Assembly (NCBI RefSeq): GCF_009914755.1
Contig: NC_060933.1
Reading direction: 5' to 3' (one strand)
From: the human T2T-CHM13v2.0 reference genome, Homo sapiens
DNA length: 64,000 bases
In this document: piece by piece, positions 62,963-64,000 of the stretch
Numbering within the stretch: position 1 is the first letter of the stretch
How the letters are laid out: the number at the start of each line of letters is the position of its first letter
Notes under the pieces: generated by a model
The model's input: the letters and a program-made list of their open reading frames with translations, nothing else
Databases searched by the model: none
Told to the model about the DNA's origin: nothing
Translations under genes and position numbers: made by a program

Positions 62963-63937
62963 TTTTTTTTTAAAACCTGCAACAATACTTTATTGTTATT
63001 TTTCGCTTAACATACTATGACAATTATTCTCTGATACTAATTATTCTTCAGAAATGGTTAATAATGATTATCTGAAAAACAACATAAAGATGTGTGATAA
63101 TTTAAAAATTACCCTGTCATAACACATTTTGAGCAATTCTAATTTTTTGCTTTTGTAAATAATGCTCTGATAAACACCCCTGAACAAAAATCTCTGCCTG
63201 AATCTCCATTTCCTTAGGAGAGTATCATAGAAATGTGATTAGACCAAGGATGTAATCTTTGTGCAGGATCTGGCAGTCCTGTAACTGTACCAGCTGACAC
63301 ATCCACAGACCCATCCCCCACCTCACTTTTGAAAAGACTATATTTTTTAACCCCTACAAATTTGAGAGACTGAACTAAATTTAATTTACATCTTTTGAGA
63401 AGAAACATGCTTCATACTTTTCTTGTCCATTTCTATTTCTTCTATGAACTTGCCCTTTCATTTTAATTATTTAAGGACTTGCTGTTTTTCCTACTCGTTT
63501 TTTAAAACAATGTAGTTTTTAAACACAAAATTAATGCTCATTTACAAATATTTCCCCAATTTGTCATTTTATTTTCATTTGTTGACAAAACTGATGCATA
63601 AATTTGCACTATGAAAGAAACGATTACAGTCATTCATATAAGCTTTCCTTTAGTGATTTCTTTCATTTATGTCTTTAAAAAGGCTCAAACATATATATTT
63701 TATTCTAGGTTTCAAAGTTTTACCTTTTACAATTAACTAACAAAATAAACATACATATTTTGATGTGTGGTGTGCAGTGATTTTTTTACTAAAAAACTTT
63801 TTCTCAAAGTCATTACATACTTTAAGGTCACAGGGTCTCAGGAGTGTTTGGCCTCAATAGGAAATTTTTTCATATCCTCTAATGTGCTGCTAAATGGTGA
63901 TCAAAAAAATATATGAAGCATATTAAGTGTCCTAAAG

Positions 63938-64000
63938 CAGCAGTCCCAACCCCCAGGACCACAGCCCAGCACCAGTCACTGGACTGTTAGGAACCGGGCC
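63938..64000 (+). mobile_element. MER1A/B hAT element, 5' start (cut by the window edge)
   Basis: cag..gtcccaaccccc..ggaccac..ctgttaggaaccgggcc. Confidence 0.75.

Overview
Primate (very likely human) genomic DNA, AT-rich and repeat-rich, lying inside the GNAQ gene (G protein alpha-q), which is transcribed on the minus strand. The only real coding sequence is one 185-bp internal exon (55283-55467). It encodes [10 protein letters not shown]...IPYKYEHNK, the P-loop and start of the helical domain, and fits GNAQ exon 2 (approx. residues 46-107). Positions 1-55282 are the following intron and 55468-64000 the preceding intron. The rest is about 25 Alus, L1/L2/MIR fragments, solo LTRs (MER41B, THE1, MLT1, LTR33), DNA transposon relics and simple repeats. 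All other ORFs in the track are Alu-derived or chance. I see no evidence of a novel multi-gene system. The best leads are: an intact MER41B LTR with both tandem STAT GAS motifs; inverted Alus bracketing the exon (possible back-splicing); an AT-rich minisatellite grown from an Alu tail/TSD that holds a perfect 43-bp palindrome; a near-perfect 114-bp tandem duplication; and a probable templated-insertion scar. Repeat subfamily names come from recalled consensus sequences, not a RepeatMasker run. Ends of old repeats are approximate.
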